Below are positions 50,403 to 64,000 of a stretch of DNA of 64,000 nucleotides, in pieces. Made by a program: the position numbers and the translations under genes. The number at the start of each line of letters is the position of its first letter. Position 1 is the first letter of the stretch. Below the pieces are notes generated by a model. The model worked only from the letters and a program-made list of their open reading frames with translations, did no database searches and was not told the origin of the DNA. The DNA is from Daphnia carinata (taxonomy: Eukaryota), in the NCBI RefSeq assembly GCF_022539665.2, contig NC_081331.1, positions 13,330,001 through 13,394,000 of the forward strand, given 5' to 3'.

Positions 50403-53400
50403 AATAAATATATGCATTCCGGATGAAAGTTCCCGAACGCTTGCAGCACGTTCCCATTTGGCTGTTTATCCCCTCCTTTTTTTAAATCGTGAGAAGAAGT
50501 TGTTTTGATGAGGTAATACCCAAAAAAAGAAAAGACCAGCCCTTTATCCAAAGGGTAAAAGAAAACTTTTCGTTTGTGTGGATAGTGTCTATGACGCCGT
50601 TCAGCCGCTCGTTCCAAAACTTTTATCACCGATCTCCGGGAACTATTATGCATTTAAAACTAATACTGATGCGTTTTATTAATAGTCTTTTCTCTATAAA
50701 GCGACATCATAACACATTTCGTGAATTTCGCATGCAAATTCTCGTTTTGCTGGCTCTTATTCATCGCATTGTTTCAACATTTGTTAACTCGTGAAACATT
50801 ATAGTTGACTATTCTTTTTGCATCTTCTTAATCCAAGTACAAGAACGTGATAAAACTTGAGGCATCATGTTTAACGAAGCCACTAAATGAAAGGTTTGCG
50901 GTCCCGTATTTTTTTCGATAAGTGGTCGGTATAGGTCCACGAGCCTTTTCACGTACCAACTGTGGGCGACGTGTAACGAGGCTAATCACGTCATCCATAT
51001 CGAACAGTAGCTGGGGAAGATAATAATAAAAAACGGAGGTGGGCGTAATAACAAGACTCCTTCAGGTCTGGCCGTACATAACAGGTACTTTATTCTGTTT
51101 TAACAATAGCCTTTCGTCATTACGAGAGATCAAACTGCGTTTCCTTTACGCCATCGACCCAACTTTTCTCATCTTCAGTTTAACAAGTTCGTTTGTTTTT
51201 TTTTTCGAAAATTTTTATTCATGCGCGTTTTGATGATCAAGTAGATTAGGCCCACATGAAATATCTTGGCTGCTTTTTAATTAGGACACGTGACTAGCGA
51301 CACGTGACTCTATTTCGAGTGGCCAAAAAAAAAGAAAAGAAAAGAAGAACTTTACTCTTGCGCACTTTTTTTTTTAATCCAACCACTTCAACAACCTCTC
51401 CCCCCTCCCCACGCAACGAATTTTCTTTTATAGCTGATTCCCAAAATCATAGATGTTTGAATTGTCGTTTTCTACCTTGTTAAATATACCCCGTCAGTTA
51501 TACAAATTATATGCGCATGACCAGCGTCAACTGGGCCCAGCCGAAGGGGGATGGCCTCTTGAAAAACAAAGGGCCGTCGTTATGTTTTGTACGTTTTCAC
51601 GTTTTGTCTTTATATTTCCCTCCACCCCCCAAAAAAGATCCTTATTTTATAGTTTGCCCGTCCGGCATTTGACGACATTTCTTTTTTTTTCAAATAAGAA
51701 AACAAAAGAAAAAACGAGACATTTTCGTGAGCCTTTGAAGCTCCTCGATCGAAGGGGACGAACATTTTTTTTGTGTTTTCCTTTGCGGATTGAACATCAG
51801 ATTCCAGCACGTTTTTTCCTGTTCCCTTATTTTTTTTTTTTTATTATGATGGGATCTCTTTTTCTTCCCTTTTGAAACTCTATTACATTTATGTTTATAC
51901 CGTTTTTTTTTGCGTTTGAATTTATTTGCTGTTGGATATAGACTTGATAGTGACGTGTACAACAGACTTCTCTATCGGGTTGTGCACCATATAAAAAAAG
52001 GAGATGTAACGACTTCAAAAAAAAAAAAAGGAGGGGATTGCATGACGATGGGACAGCATCATTGAGGCGGTACGGCAATTCGATAGCCCAAAAAAAAAAT
52101 GTGATTTTCCAATAGGACAATATAAAAATAGAGGGTCAGACGAATTCGATTGAAACAAATCTGATGCTGATACGGCCAGTTGAAAATGATTGTATTCTTT
52201 ATTCTTTTGCAATTATTTCTTTTTTTTTACTCGATGATGACTGGTCAGCTTGCACGCTATTTGGCAATCGTGCGAAGGCTAAAAAAGAAAAAAAAAAAAT
52301 ACAGAACACAACTTTTGCTATAAATACAGTGGCAGTGTGTGTGTAATCTAGGAGCCGCTGACGTGTTCGATCCTTTCAGACTGCGCAATCATTTTTTGCG
52401 TTGATATCCGATCCGTATGTACAATATAATAAGAGAACTTTACTGGGTTCTTTTTCTTTGATTGTGTTAAACTACAGTTGCCTTATAATAGCTATCAACA
52501 AATGTTGGGATAAATTACAGATTCATCCAAAATCATATAGTTGATAGAAAAAAGTGCATTTTCTATCGTCTGTTGCGTAATAGAGACAGACATGAGGACT
52601 TGTGTTATTAAGACTACGCATCGAAGCTATCCATCCGGAAGAACCACTTCTTTTTTTTTTGCTTCCTACAGACTCTAGCAATATATTATTCCATAGTCCT
52701 TTCTCTTTTAAAGGATTTAGTGTACATGCCTGGTTCATCCGCCCCATCCATCGTTTGGGTTTGGGGGGGGATCAACTCTCAAGTGCTGTGTGTTTCTATA
52801 TATCCCTCCCTTCCCCATCCCTCGTCGCTTGTACGGAACAAGATGGACGGCAAAAGCATCCGCACGCTACCCTTTGCGGAAGAACGGGCGGGCCATACAC
52901 GCAATATGAAAAAAAAAGAAGTGAAATTTCCCGTGCCCCAGGTTTTCTCACGACGTACAGTTACGTGATGTATAGAGCGGGACTTTTTGTTCGCTTGTGC
53001 ACGGGTACGGTTTGAAAAATTCGGATATTTACGACCAGCGCACGCTAAACCACGTCTGTTAGACTAATAACTCTGTCGTTAAAGGCGTTCTTCGTCTGTT
53101 TGAACACATTTTTTTTTTATTATTTGGAACGCAAGCGTTTTGCGTCATCTAGTGGAATAATGTGTTGACAAATGGATGGGTTCCCTAAACGCTTGGCTGT
53201 CCTTGTCGGTCTGAAGAAAAAAAATTATTAACTTTGAATTACAAATGATGAGAACGTTTTACTTGTCAGTGTGCGCATTACGAAGCTTTTCTTGAGTTTT
53301 TTTATATCTAAAAAAATCATTGAAATGTAGGACGGAGTGTTTGAAACACTAATTGACGCTGTGCGCAGTTCAAATGACTCTCCCAAAACATATTCGGAGG

Positions 53401-56400
53401 CTTGTGTTTTTCGTTCGTTTTTCATCAGATTTAACTCATTTTTTTTTTTTATGTATCCCTCATTCTCAGACAAGCCGGGTTACGATACATGTTAAACAAA
53501 GCAATGTTTTCAAACGACTTGCTTAAACTTGATATAAAAATTCTAATACGTACACCGAAATCCCAACAATGTGGGACCAACACAATGACCCAGATTTGGC
53601 TATACAATTGCTGTTATTACTTGTGTATTTGCCAGAGAAACGAGCTCGATGGTTCGGGGCTTCAATCATATCATCAGCAAACAACAACAAACCCTGAGAA
53701 TAATATACACACACACATGCACACCACACAACAGGGCAGCTCTTCTGTACATCTGCAGCACGGACTGCACAGAATATATACCACATACACACACACATAT
53801 TGTTAGCAGTTTTTTTTTTATTTTACAAGTGGGGGGGGGGGGGAGAGAACATGAAGAGGGATGCCCCCTTCTTGTCTGTGCACTTGGTGGAAACATGGAA
53901 AATGGAGAACACAGAGAGAGAGAGCGAACGCATTAATAGCTAGTGATGCAATCATGCGTTCACATTGAAGTGGGAACATTGGAATGAACGTGGAAAGCTG
54001 GTGCGGCTATGTGTACAGAAAGAGGAATTGTGTCTTCGTGAAAAAAGAAAATGGTTAGCTGGAAAGTCGGTTGTGTTTGACTATCGTCGGTGTGCTCCTA
54101 AATCAAATACGGAATTAAAATTGCTGGATATAGACGTAAAGGGCTACTTGCTGGAACACTACGATATGGGTGTGTTAATTGGGCAGAGTGCCATTAGAAT
54201 ATTTTTTTGTGGGCTATGTTTGTGGAAGTTCGTTTACATGGAGACTTTGAATCAATAGAAATTCATTTTAATTTGGCTACGAGAAAATGGAATTAACGTT
54301 GAACGTAATGCGTGGAAATGTACGGAATAATTTTGGAGGTTCAATTCGACCTTTTTGAACACACAAAAAAAAACATGTTCAACAAAGAAAACAAAGTCAA
54401 ACAGTTTTTTAGCCTTTGAGTGATGGTAATGGATGTCGGATGAAGTGAGGAGGGGATAAAGAATATAGTACGAAGAAAAAAAAAAAAGGAATAAATGTAT
54501 AGACATGGAAAAGAGGAGGGAAAGAAGATGATGATATTGTATAATGTAGCGAGCCGCGGATGAGTGGAAGCGGAAGGAATGACGTCATTTTTCCCCATCC
54601 AGTTGTCACAGTTTAATCCTAAATAACTGCCGCTACCCGAGCTCTCCAATTTCGTGAATGTCAGCCTCGGAGGTTGAGCCCACGAGCTCCAAACATCGTC
54701 TAATCTTCCAGCTCTTTTTTTTTAGATTTTACTTTTTTTTATTCTTGGAGTCGGGATCTCAAGTTGGCGAAGCTATCCAATCAACTGACAAGGATCTAGC
54801 GGTCGTATTGTAGAGACTATAGCGAAAAAAAGAAAAGGCCATCGACCATCATGATTCCGCATCGCTATTTCATGTCTTTTTATACATTCAGTCGCGTGCT
54901 GTCACGTTGTATGTTAACCTATTTTTTTTTTCCTTGATCGCCATCTTCTTAAATAGCTAAAGAAGATCTTGATGTCTGACGTAAGGAAATCAATGGATGA
55001 AAGGAAAATAAAAGTGAAAATGGACTTTGATCCAGTTTTTCAAAAAATGCTGGCAATTGAGCTGGAGCGTGAGAGATCGCCCAATGTAGCGCATATCTCT
55101 GCCAAATGAGCGATAGTGCTCTAGAAGAAAAAAGGAAAAATCATTTGAAAAAATCAAGTCGAGCGAAAAGTTACTATCCAACAGTTCCGCATTTATGGAG
55201 CACGGCTAGAACAGAAAAAAAAAAGTGACATCCATACAAACGACATCTATACACACTTGTATAGATAGAGAGATATCTATAGCCTATAATATAGTATAGG
55301 GGGGGGGGAGGATATAACGACAGCCATTAAAGAAGAACTGCTGTAGAGACATCAAAAGCCATTGGATGTAATTTCTTTTTTTTTTTTTTTAAAGAGACTC
55401 GTGTGATTGTATCGGACAAAAGAGAACGGCTTTCATATTACACGACATTGCAATAAGCGTACTGATGAAAAAAGACTAATTCACATTTGCTAAAAAGAAA
55501 ACAAAATGTTCCAGGACGATGAAGAAACGGACACCACGAAAGATAATTGTTTGGTTTGTATAAACATGGAGGTCAGAGTCTTCCTGTTTTATCTAATGCG
55601 GTTATGTGTAGTTTAGTTTTATAGGATACGAAAAAGGGGGAGGGTAATCTATGCAAGTAGTGTGATTCTTTATGGGCCATCCAAAAATATTAGGAATTCG
55701 AAAGATGACTTGCGGGCCACACCCTTTCTTGATCTGTCAACTTGTGACATCACTTTATGTTTTGTGGTTCTTCTTTTTTTTTTTTTTAGAGAGAGGGGAG
55801 AGAAGATTGGATGGCGTACTTGAGGGGTGGGATTAATGGCGTACTTTATGATTGGATTAAATTATACCTCACATAAAAAAAAAGCGTATATATAGATCTA
55901 CTGGTGTGTGTACGCAGTTTGTGGGAGATCGGATATGTGCCGGACATATCGGATGTAGAACACACAAAAAAAAGGAAAAATACTTAATGCATGTTTTTCT
56001 TATTTGTTTGTCGACGATATGTTATGATGATACGCTAGGAGGAACATTGTACAAGTTCCAGCATTTGCTCCGCTACATTGAGAAACCCTGCGACAGATCG
56101 TATCGATACACGTGTCCTTTAAAAACGAGGATATATATGTTTTGCCATGTTTTTGTTTTGTTTTTTTCTAAACAAAAGTATATGTTGTCTTCTTTAGTGA
56201 TGCATATATTACGTATATATATACGTTTGCCGGACGGAAACCGCCATCCTCATGTGTGTGTATGTACCATGGGCGAAAAATGGTTAGAGAAGAAGTGTTT
56301 ACGCCGGAAGGAGTTGTTTTTGGCGGATGTGACCCCGGTATATATATTTAATCCGCATCGCTTGGAGAATAAGGAAGGGAGGAACCCTAAGGCTATGTAT

Positions 56401-59400
56401 CCGCAAAAGAAGAGTGGTCTATTATATAGCACTATTTTTCTTTTTACGTTTTTTTTGTCAAGATACACCAGGAAATGAATGCCAATCCGGAAAGAGAATT
56501 TCTTTGACTTCCCTTTCTATTTTTTTCTTCGGAAAAACTGGTGGGGGAGGAAAAACAAAAACAAGATTAAAAAATCATTCCTTTTTTTTTTTTTGATAGT
56601 TCGTTTAAAGAGTTTATGTATTTCGAAAGCTATGAAGAACTTGGAAAATAAACGATTTGAGGGATTGAAGAGAAGGGCGACATGAAAGATCCACACTCGT
56701 AAATTATCGATTTCTGTTTTGTTTTTTTATTTATTCACCCCCCTCCCTCAGTCCTTTTGCTTGTTTCCGTCTCTCTCTCTCTTTGCCCGGTTTGCTTCTA
56801 CATCTCTCCATTCCATTCCTTTTTGACTTGTCATTCCAGCTCGCTCGTCCTCTCTCCGACGTCTTGAGTTGCTATGCAAACAACAAACGTCTAGACGTTC
56901 GGAAGAAAAGAAGATCAAAAGTGCCCGAAAATGTGTCCCTCTTTTTATATGATCCCATTTTTGAATAAAATGTTATTCTCTAAAAATAATAGACAAACTC
57001 TATTGTTTTAATAATGTAGGAATTTTGAAATTATCGCGAAATGAGATGGTTGTGTTTTGCATCATATCGAGATGGGGCGCCGCTCCTTGTGCGAACAAAC
57101 ACGACAGACTGAAGTTTGATACACGTTTTGCAACGTACCGTTATGCGAGCTACGGACATGGAACATGGCGAGGCATTCCCTTGACTAATGCCACAACAAC
57201 TCTACACGCGGGAGCACCCGAATAAATAAATATATGTATACAAGTGAAACAGGATATGTATCGAAGCTCCCGCGGAAAGTTTTCCCCAAGTTTGAAAAGC
57301 GTTCGAAACCGTTGTGTGTGTGTTGACCTGTCAGATCGGGAGAGAACGAAAAACTTTTGTGTTTTCTTTTCTAAGAAATCACGTGTGTGTGTAGCTACTG
57401 CCTTTTAGGGGAACGCAAAGCGCAATCCTTGCGTCTATGGTTGCGCTGTGTGCGTTCAAAATGTGTCCGCACACACAAAAAAATCGTTTCACGAATTCAC
57501 GAAAATCGACAGCAAAGCATTTGAATAATTCTGCGTCACTTTTCTACGAATATTCTCATCGTTACAGTTCCGTTTTTGGCGCTTGAATATTTAGATTTGA
57601 TGCTCTACCGGTTCGAAAACGCCTCAGGGCATCTATGCGCGTTTTTGAACAAGTTCAAATTCTTTGAAAATTAAGAAAAAAATGGCAGGCGAGGTAGTTA
57701 TACAAATCTATGATAGTCATTTGTTGTTGTTTTTTTAAAGAATATGTCGGCCATTAGCGCATAGTCGGCTGTATACAAGCATCAACGTATTTAATAGCAG
57801 CTGGCGTACGATGGGAAACAGAAGCCGGCGGTAGCGTTTTTGGCTCTTACGTCTGTGCGTCTGTGTGTCTGTATGGGGCGTGGAAAACTAATTAGAATGA
57901 TTAGAGGGAAAGTGATGACTGAGCTGGAGCAATATAACAAGACACGTGATGCTCCACGACTGAAAGGGCAACTTACAAGAAAGGGAAATGTGGGGATAAA
58001 CGTCTATAAGATATAAGGCAAAGACGTTCATAAAACAAAAATGATATGAACGCCTTTATTTTTTTTTTATCAATTAGCGACTCAAAACATAAAAAAAAAA
58101 CGAAAGGAGAGATTATTTGTCCCGGCAGCCGAAATTGTATCGAATGACTTTGTTTTTTTTTCCTTTCCCTTCTTCACATATTGGGATCGATATCCACTTT
58201 GGGAAAACCTATAAGAGACGGTGCGGAATTCGGAACTGATCCAATAGAACAGCAGCAATAACTGGGCAACGGTCATCGTTTGGTTGAAGACATGCTTTAA
58301 AAAAAAAAAAAAGACTGTTATTCAATCACATGGTTGGAATGAAAGCTGACCGGTTTTTCGTGAACTTGATCAATAATCGAAGGGAACGAGTCACGGTCCA
58401 CGTTCCCGCGCTCTCCCGTTAATTCCTTTTTTTTTTTTTTTGCTGATTACACGAAAAGTTATTAACTATTTAATAACAATAGGACACACGAAGCAAAATA
58501 ATGATGAGAAAATAATTTTTTCTCTTTAAAAAAAAAAAAAGAAAGATTGTGCCTATTGTGATTGGCTACTTGACTCTTGGTGTCATCCAGTCGTCCAGGT
58601 TAAGTGTGTTCGTATACTGGATGAACTTGCACGACGCTCTCAAGTTTTGTCCCATACAACTATGAAGAGTGCATGCGTCCCCCCGTTTGATGACAAGCAT
58701 CGTGATTATTCGTGTTTCATTTGTCTTTGCACAATAAGAAAACGAGAGAGAGACACATGAAAAGGGAATAATATCCAAACGAAAAGATAAATATCATCAA
58801 AAGTCTTCTTCTTTTCATATTCATCTTCTCTTTAAAAAAAGGGAATTCTTTTTTTTGATATCATCTTGTTTTTATTTGTTCATAGACCTGGTGTCACGCC
58901 GACGTTCATCAAGAGAGGCCGCTGGTCGTTTGATCAGTAACGAACCACTCGACTTGTCCGTTTCCCCATCTTTTTTTTTTTTTAAATTCTTTTCTTTTAA
59001 CTTCTCTTCAGCTTGGCCGCCTTGGCGTGTCATCTTTTATTCGTCCCCCCCCCCTTTTTTTTCCCCTCTTTTGTCTTCGTTCTTTCAGATCCCCCTTACT
59101 GGATCGTAATTAACGTAGAGAACCCAATCGGGACACGTCCCTTTGCTCACGGTAAGGTTTCCTTTTTTTTTTGCGGGGAAAACCGTCGGTTGTCGCTTAG
59201 AACCATCAGTCTTAAAAAAAAAAAGAGAAAATAAAAAAAAAAAACGAGATTAATCAACTTGATTTCCATTAAGGAGAGAGGATAATTTTGTTATGGTGGA
59301 CGTGTTTGTTAAGCTTGTCTAAAAGAATAAGTAGAAAAAACGATTTGTTATTGAAAGCAATGGGAGAAACTTCTTATTGTCGACTGCATCTGTCGCATAT

Positions 59401-60849
59401 GTAAAGAGAAGGATATCACGAGGGACGAAGAAAAAAACAAAACAAACGAACGCGAATGGAGGGGGGAGGAGAAACCGGAGCTGCGATTGGAACGTGCACA
59501 CATAGTCCCGATCCATTATTTACTATGCGTTTCTCTCTCTCTCCCCATTTCCATTGTGTCCTGACTACATTTTATTCGTAAAATTAGAATGACGTTTTAA
59601 CACAGAAATATCAGTGCCTCGCAATAGCTTTGAACATTATTCAAAACACGTTCGTTAAATATGTGATGGCATTCCTTATTTGACAACGCTGCGAAACATG
59701 AACGAGAATAGAACAGCGTGAATGCAAAAAAGAAAGGGCACCAACTGCGGTCTAATTTAGCCATTTCATTCAATCTTCATTTGCGGTCTATTTTCTTGAA
59801 TGACCAACCGAGAAAAAAAAAGTGGGGATGATTTTGTCACGCAAGTCTTGTTAGATTTAGGCGTATATATTTACTGAATCAAATAAAAATCGAAAAAAAA
59901 AGTTGGTCTTTGCCAGCCTTGAAGGCACGATTCCGCTCGAGTGGACTGTGTATAATGGACCGTGACGTTGGGAGCGTGACTTGGATGGAGGAAAAAAAAA
60001 AAAAAGGGCAGCTACCAAAAGGATGAGAAACATTTTCTACAACGACGAATGAAAAAGAAGCTCCTTATATATACTTTTATATTTTCACAGTCAACGTTCT
60101 CTTGGTTGTCTAACTCATTTTTCGTCTCTTGATTTTGTTTGTTTGTTGTTGTCTCGACGCATTTGCGTTCTCCGCGCTTGATGTCCATGCATATTTCTCT
60201 ATTTCTTTTTTCTTTTTACACGCGTATTCAAATTTTGGTTATCATTTGCTTTGTTTTTCTTTTCGATCGCGTTATTGAGAAGAATTCGAGCCGGCAGGTA
60301 CGCATCTACCTCCTGGAAAAGCTCGTCGTCTATTAATGCTACCACAAGTTTTATGAAGATGAATCAATTAAATGTGTTCGGTTCACACTCGTTTCCCCTC
60401 CATTTTTTTTTCTGTTTAAGGTATTGAATTTCTCTTTGTTATGAAAAAAGGAGAAAAGTTTTGTTTCATTCATTTGACAGGTGGTATAAAAGCCGAGACA
60501 GAATTCAATCAAGCGATGATTCCAAGTTCAGCACCTGAAATTAACTTTTCTTTTTTAAACTCTTAGTTCTTATGGGCGTACACCCAGTAGCTGCAATAAA
60601 AATCGATGATTCAGGGAATTCAACACATTTCTTTTTCTTTTCTGAAAAAAAAAAAAAAAGAAATGTCGTTTTTTTTTTAAAGAAAATGGGATTGGTCTTT
60701 TAAGGTCGCGGTCGGTTTTTGTTTTCTTACTTTTCTTTTTTTTTTCTTTAATATTTTCCGTATAGAGCTGTTCAATGTTTACGGTTGATGGCGCACCACT
60801 GGTGATGGATGATGCATACCTGATTAGCATAACCCCCCAACGTCCCATC

Positions 60850-60873
60850 CACACACACACACACACACACACA
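60850..60873. repeat. (CA)12 microsatellite
   Basis: Read directly. Confidence 0.9.
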
Positions 60874-63800
60874 GAGCAAAAAGAAAGAAGAAAAAAAAAG
60901 ATATTTATTTACATCAATATATATCGGCGTGCCTATATACTCTTCCATGTTGTTGTGTCTATTGACGTTGACGTATCGGGCCAGCGGACATGGATTCAAT
61001 GACGAGATGGATGGCAGCCAATGATTCGGCTTCTAAAAAAAAAAAAAAAGACACACGGGGTGACCTCATTAAAAAAACAGCGGTTGCTTCCGAGACTCCA
61101 TTGGCGTATAAAAGTCGTCATCATCGAAGAAGAAAATAAAAAATTGTTGTGGCCTCATCAATCAGGGCAAAGATAGGCACAGAAGGATAACACAAATCAA
61201 AATCTTGAGAGAGAAAAAAAGCCGAAATTCTTTTTTTTTTTTTTAATTCACCACCGAAGAAACCGCCAACCGCCGCCATTGGTTTTCTTTTTTCTTTCGT
61301 GTTTTGACTGTGAAATTAACGGCCGTATAAAGAGATATGCCAACGTGTTTTCAACAAATTTTTTTTTCTGAAAACCATTGGTAATCGTGTGTGATTAAAC
61401 ATTAAAACTTGAACTCCAATTCTAATCTGTCATACTTTCCAAACGATAGAAGAAAATATGATTAAGCTATGATTTAGTATTATGATTTCATTTTTATCTC
61501 TATTGGAAACGAAAATGGGTTATTTTCATTTCATCAAGGCGCGTCGAGGTAACAATCTAGAATCTACGTATATGGTCATGTGAGGTGACGACATGATCAA
61601 GTCAAACAACAATTCATCATCACAGGCAAACATTTTTTGAACCAGAAGCTACAAAAAAAAACAAAAAGTTACCTGTTTTTTTTTTTTTTTAGCTGCAAGC
61701 TAATGTAGCTTTATCCATTATAGTGTTTGTCCGGTTGAGAGAGCTGCCAAAAATATTGCAGCCAGTTGTGCAGGTGAGCAAGAAAATGGCGCCCAAAGGC
61801 TATCAGCCTTGGTGAATAGAAAAAAAAACGAGCAAAATGGCGTGGTCGTTTGTTGGAGATTTTCGCTTCAACTATTGTAATTATTGTAGTGGGCAATACT
61901 TTCATTTATTTTCTATCAATATATCTTGATTTCTTTTTGTCTCTCGGTTGTTTATTCAAAAAAAAAAAAAAAAAAATGGCTCTAGGCGACGTAACGACAG
62001 TCGAAATAAATGCAACACGAACAAGAAAGTGTTTAATTTTTTTTCCTGACATTTTCGTTGCAGTTTCTTTGAAATGGTAAAATGAGTAGTGTTCGGCCTT
62101 GCGAGCGAAAATCAGTTCATGTAACACATCACGACGACGACGCACACGAAATTCGAGAACGGCCTAATCGGTAATCAAAGCAGATAATACTGAGACGATA
62201 GTTGCTGTTTACTGTGCCAAGTCTACTTTTTTTTTCTTTTCCATTACAGTTCATTTTATTTTAAATGTCAAAACTCAAATTACTGTACATCAATGTGATT
62301 GTGTTACACAGTTAAGTCTATTAGTGCCCTTTGCTAAGTTAAATAGAATTATTTATACCAGAATGAAATGAAAACATAAAAGATTATGTCACAACCTTGC
62401 ACTGCACAATTTTCGGTTTCTTGCCTCTTCGAAAAACCTTTTCTGCTTTGTGTTTTGTTGCACATTGACTTAGTAACCAAGGTTAATTTAGAGCTCATGT
62501 TTTTCATTGGCACACCGGATGGCACACGTTCAGAGAACATCTTTTTTTGTGGGGGGATGGACAAGAAAACAACGAGAGAAAAAATTAGCCTTGGGATCAT
62601 TGTTAACTTGTTGCAAAAGAAGAAAACATGTCTGAAAGAAGAAAGGGACTGGACTAGTTAATCCTCACTTCCGGCGCCATATTTTTGCTCTTTTCTTCTT
62701 TTCCCCAATACAAAAAGGGAAAGGGAAAACAAATGTTTGTCTTGTGAAAAGGAAAGACAAAAAAAAAAAATGCGCAGTTGTCCGAGGAATAGGGAAAAAC
62801 GTAGTGTCCATTTTCTCGCCTGGGGCGTGCATGCACGTCTGCTGTTTCTACTAAACGAAAAGGAAATTTCGCTGAGGTTTCTTAAATGAGATCCTGATGG
62901 TTAAACAAGTGTGTAACGAGATCCTCACGAAGATGACGTCATCCCCTATCTCAACAAACTTTTGTTCGACTCGTCTAAGTTCGAGATTTCACGGGCTCCA
63001 TTTTCGGTACGTAACACTTCAACGTTTACTATATCAGAATTAGGTCTAACAGATGATTAGTCGAATGTGTATTACGAGATTTGAAAAACGATACAGTCCT
63101 CGACATATTTTTCGTGTCTCTAATTTACCGAATTTAGGACAGACATGTCTCAATTGTAAATCGAATTAGTACGGGACTGTGGAAATAATTGGACGGGAAA
63201 GAAAACAAAATTTGTTCAGATTTTTCCAAGGTTTCAATTTAAAGAAAAAAAAAAAGAAAATGTTGTGACAGTTAAAAAACAAAAGAAAAACGAGGATTAG
63301 TTGATAATGGAAAATTCTTGTTTACACAGTTAGGGAATGGAATAAGAAAACCGGTTCATACTTGTGCACACCTCGTTGCTCCCGGATAGCAGACTATAAT
63401 CTCGAATAACGAGCTTGACAATTCGACATGTCCAAAAACGAAAGTGTTGAGACCCTAACGAGAAGTGAATTCATCTGTAAAAGACAAGGGAAAAGCCCCA
63501 CACATGCAACTCTGGATTTATTTCATACTATACAATTAAAAACATTTTAGAGTTATATGATTTATGTATACTTCGGTCGTTAGACTAATTAAAGATTATC
63601 TACAGTTAAATACCTTTTGGCCAGTTAAGAAGGTATTACACACAAGTTATTATAGGTATCTGGCGTGTGTGTGTGGCTCTTTTGATTTTTAATTGGACTC
63701 TTTCCTTTCCGCCATGTCGCCCGGAATTCCGTTCCGGCATCCATGTCCGCATGACGTATTATCTTCTCTTTTGCCGTGTGGCCCATTCCCCCCTCTTTTT

Positions 63801-64000
63801 AATTTTTTTCTGTTCGTTAACTATGGTCACATTCACTTTGTTCTGTTTCTCTACGGTGGCTCTTCTTTTTCTTGTGTGTGTGACGCCAACAAATCCTTTA
63901 AGCGTTAACCGTATTGGTGCTCAGAGAGAATAGAGAAGCTTTTGAACTTGTTTTAGAACTTGGCTTTCTAATGTCAACTAACTGCTGTGTAAGTACGGAG

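Noticed and set aside
52330..52345. miR-34-like TGGCAGTGTG
   Set aside because: The match stops after 10 nt, runs into a TG microsatellite, and has no hairpin partner.
47849..63933. Dozens of 60-190 aa ORFs in the distal region
   Set aside because: They are dominated by poly-K/poly-F and CV/TH repeats from homopolymer and dinucleotide tracts, many with non-ATG starts, and show no domain similarity.

Overview
Eukaryotic arthropod genomic DNA, most likely a Daphnia-like branchiopod crustacean. This is inferred from the ~60-80 nt introns, very compact gene spacing, long poly-A/T runs, an R&R cuticle protein and an eIF2-gamma gene not fused to Su(var)3-9. Layout: (i) 1-2017 holds the 5' exons of an engrailed/invected-family gene on the minus strand (EH1 and EH2 present; the homeobox lies left of the window). 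(ii) ~6.0-9.3 kb is a non-coding, foldback-like higher-order repeat in its upstream region. (iii) 9.6-46.9 kb is a dense block: a secreted CBM20-like/esterase gene, UTP14, USP16/45, PIGG, Sobp, ClpP, CLYBL, RTN4IP1, QRSL1/GatA, POLR3B, PSMG4, a cuticle protein and eIF2-gamma, largely in head-to-head pairs. (iv) ~47-64 kb is a gene-poor, microsatellite-rich stretch. Highlights: the RTN4IP1-QRSL1 divergent pair matches the human 6q21 arrangement (SOBP and USP45 are also on human 6q); CTCF-like motifs occur in all four divergent promoters and at the cluster edge; an invected-type LSVG motif; a candidate U12 intron in PIGG; a USP16/45 apparently lacking its ZnF-UBP; a bacterial-type esterase. Exon coordinates were read by eye and may be a few nt off.
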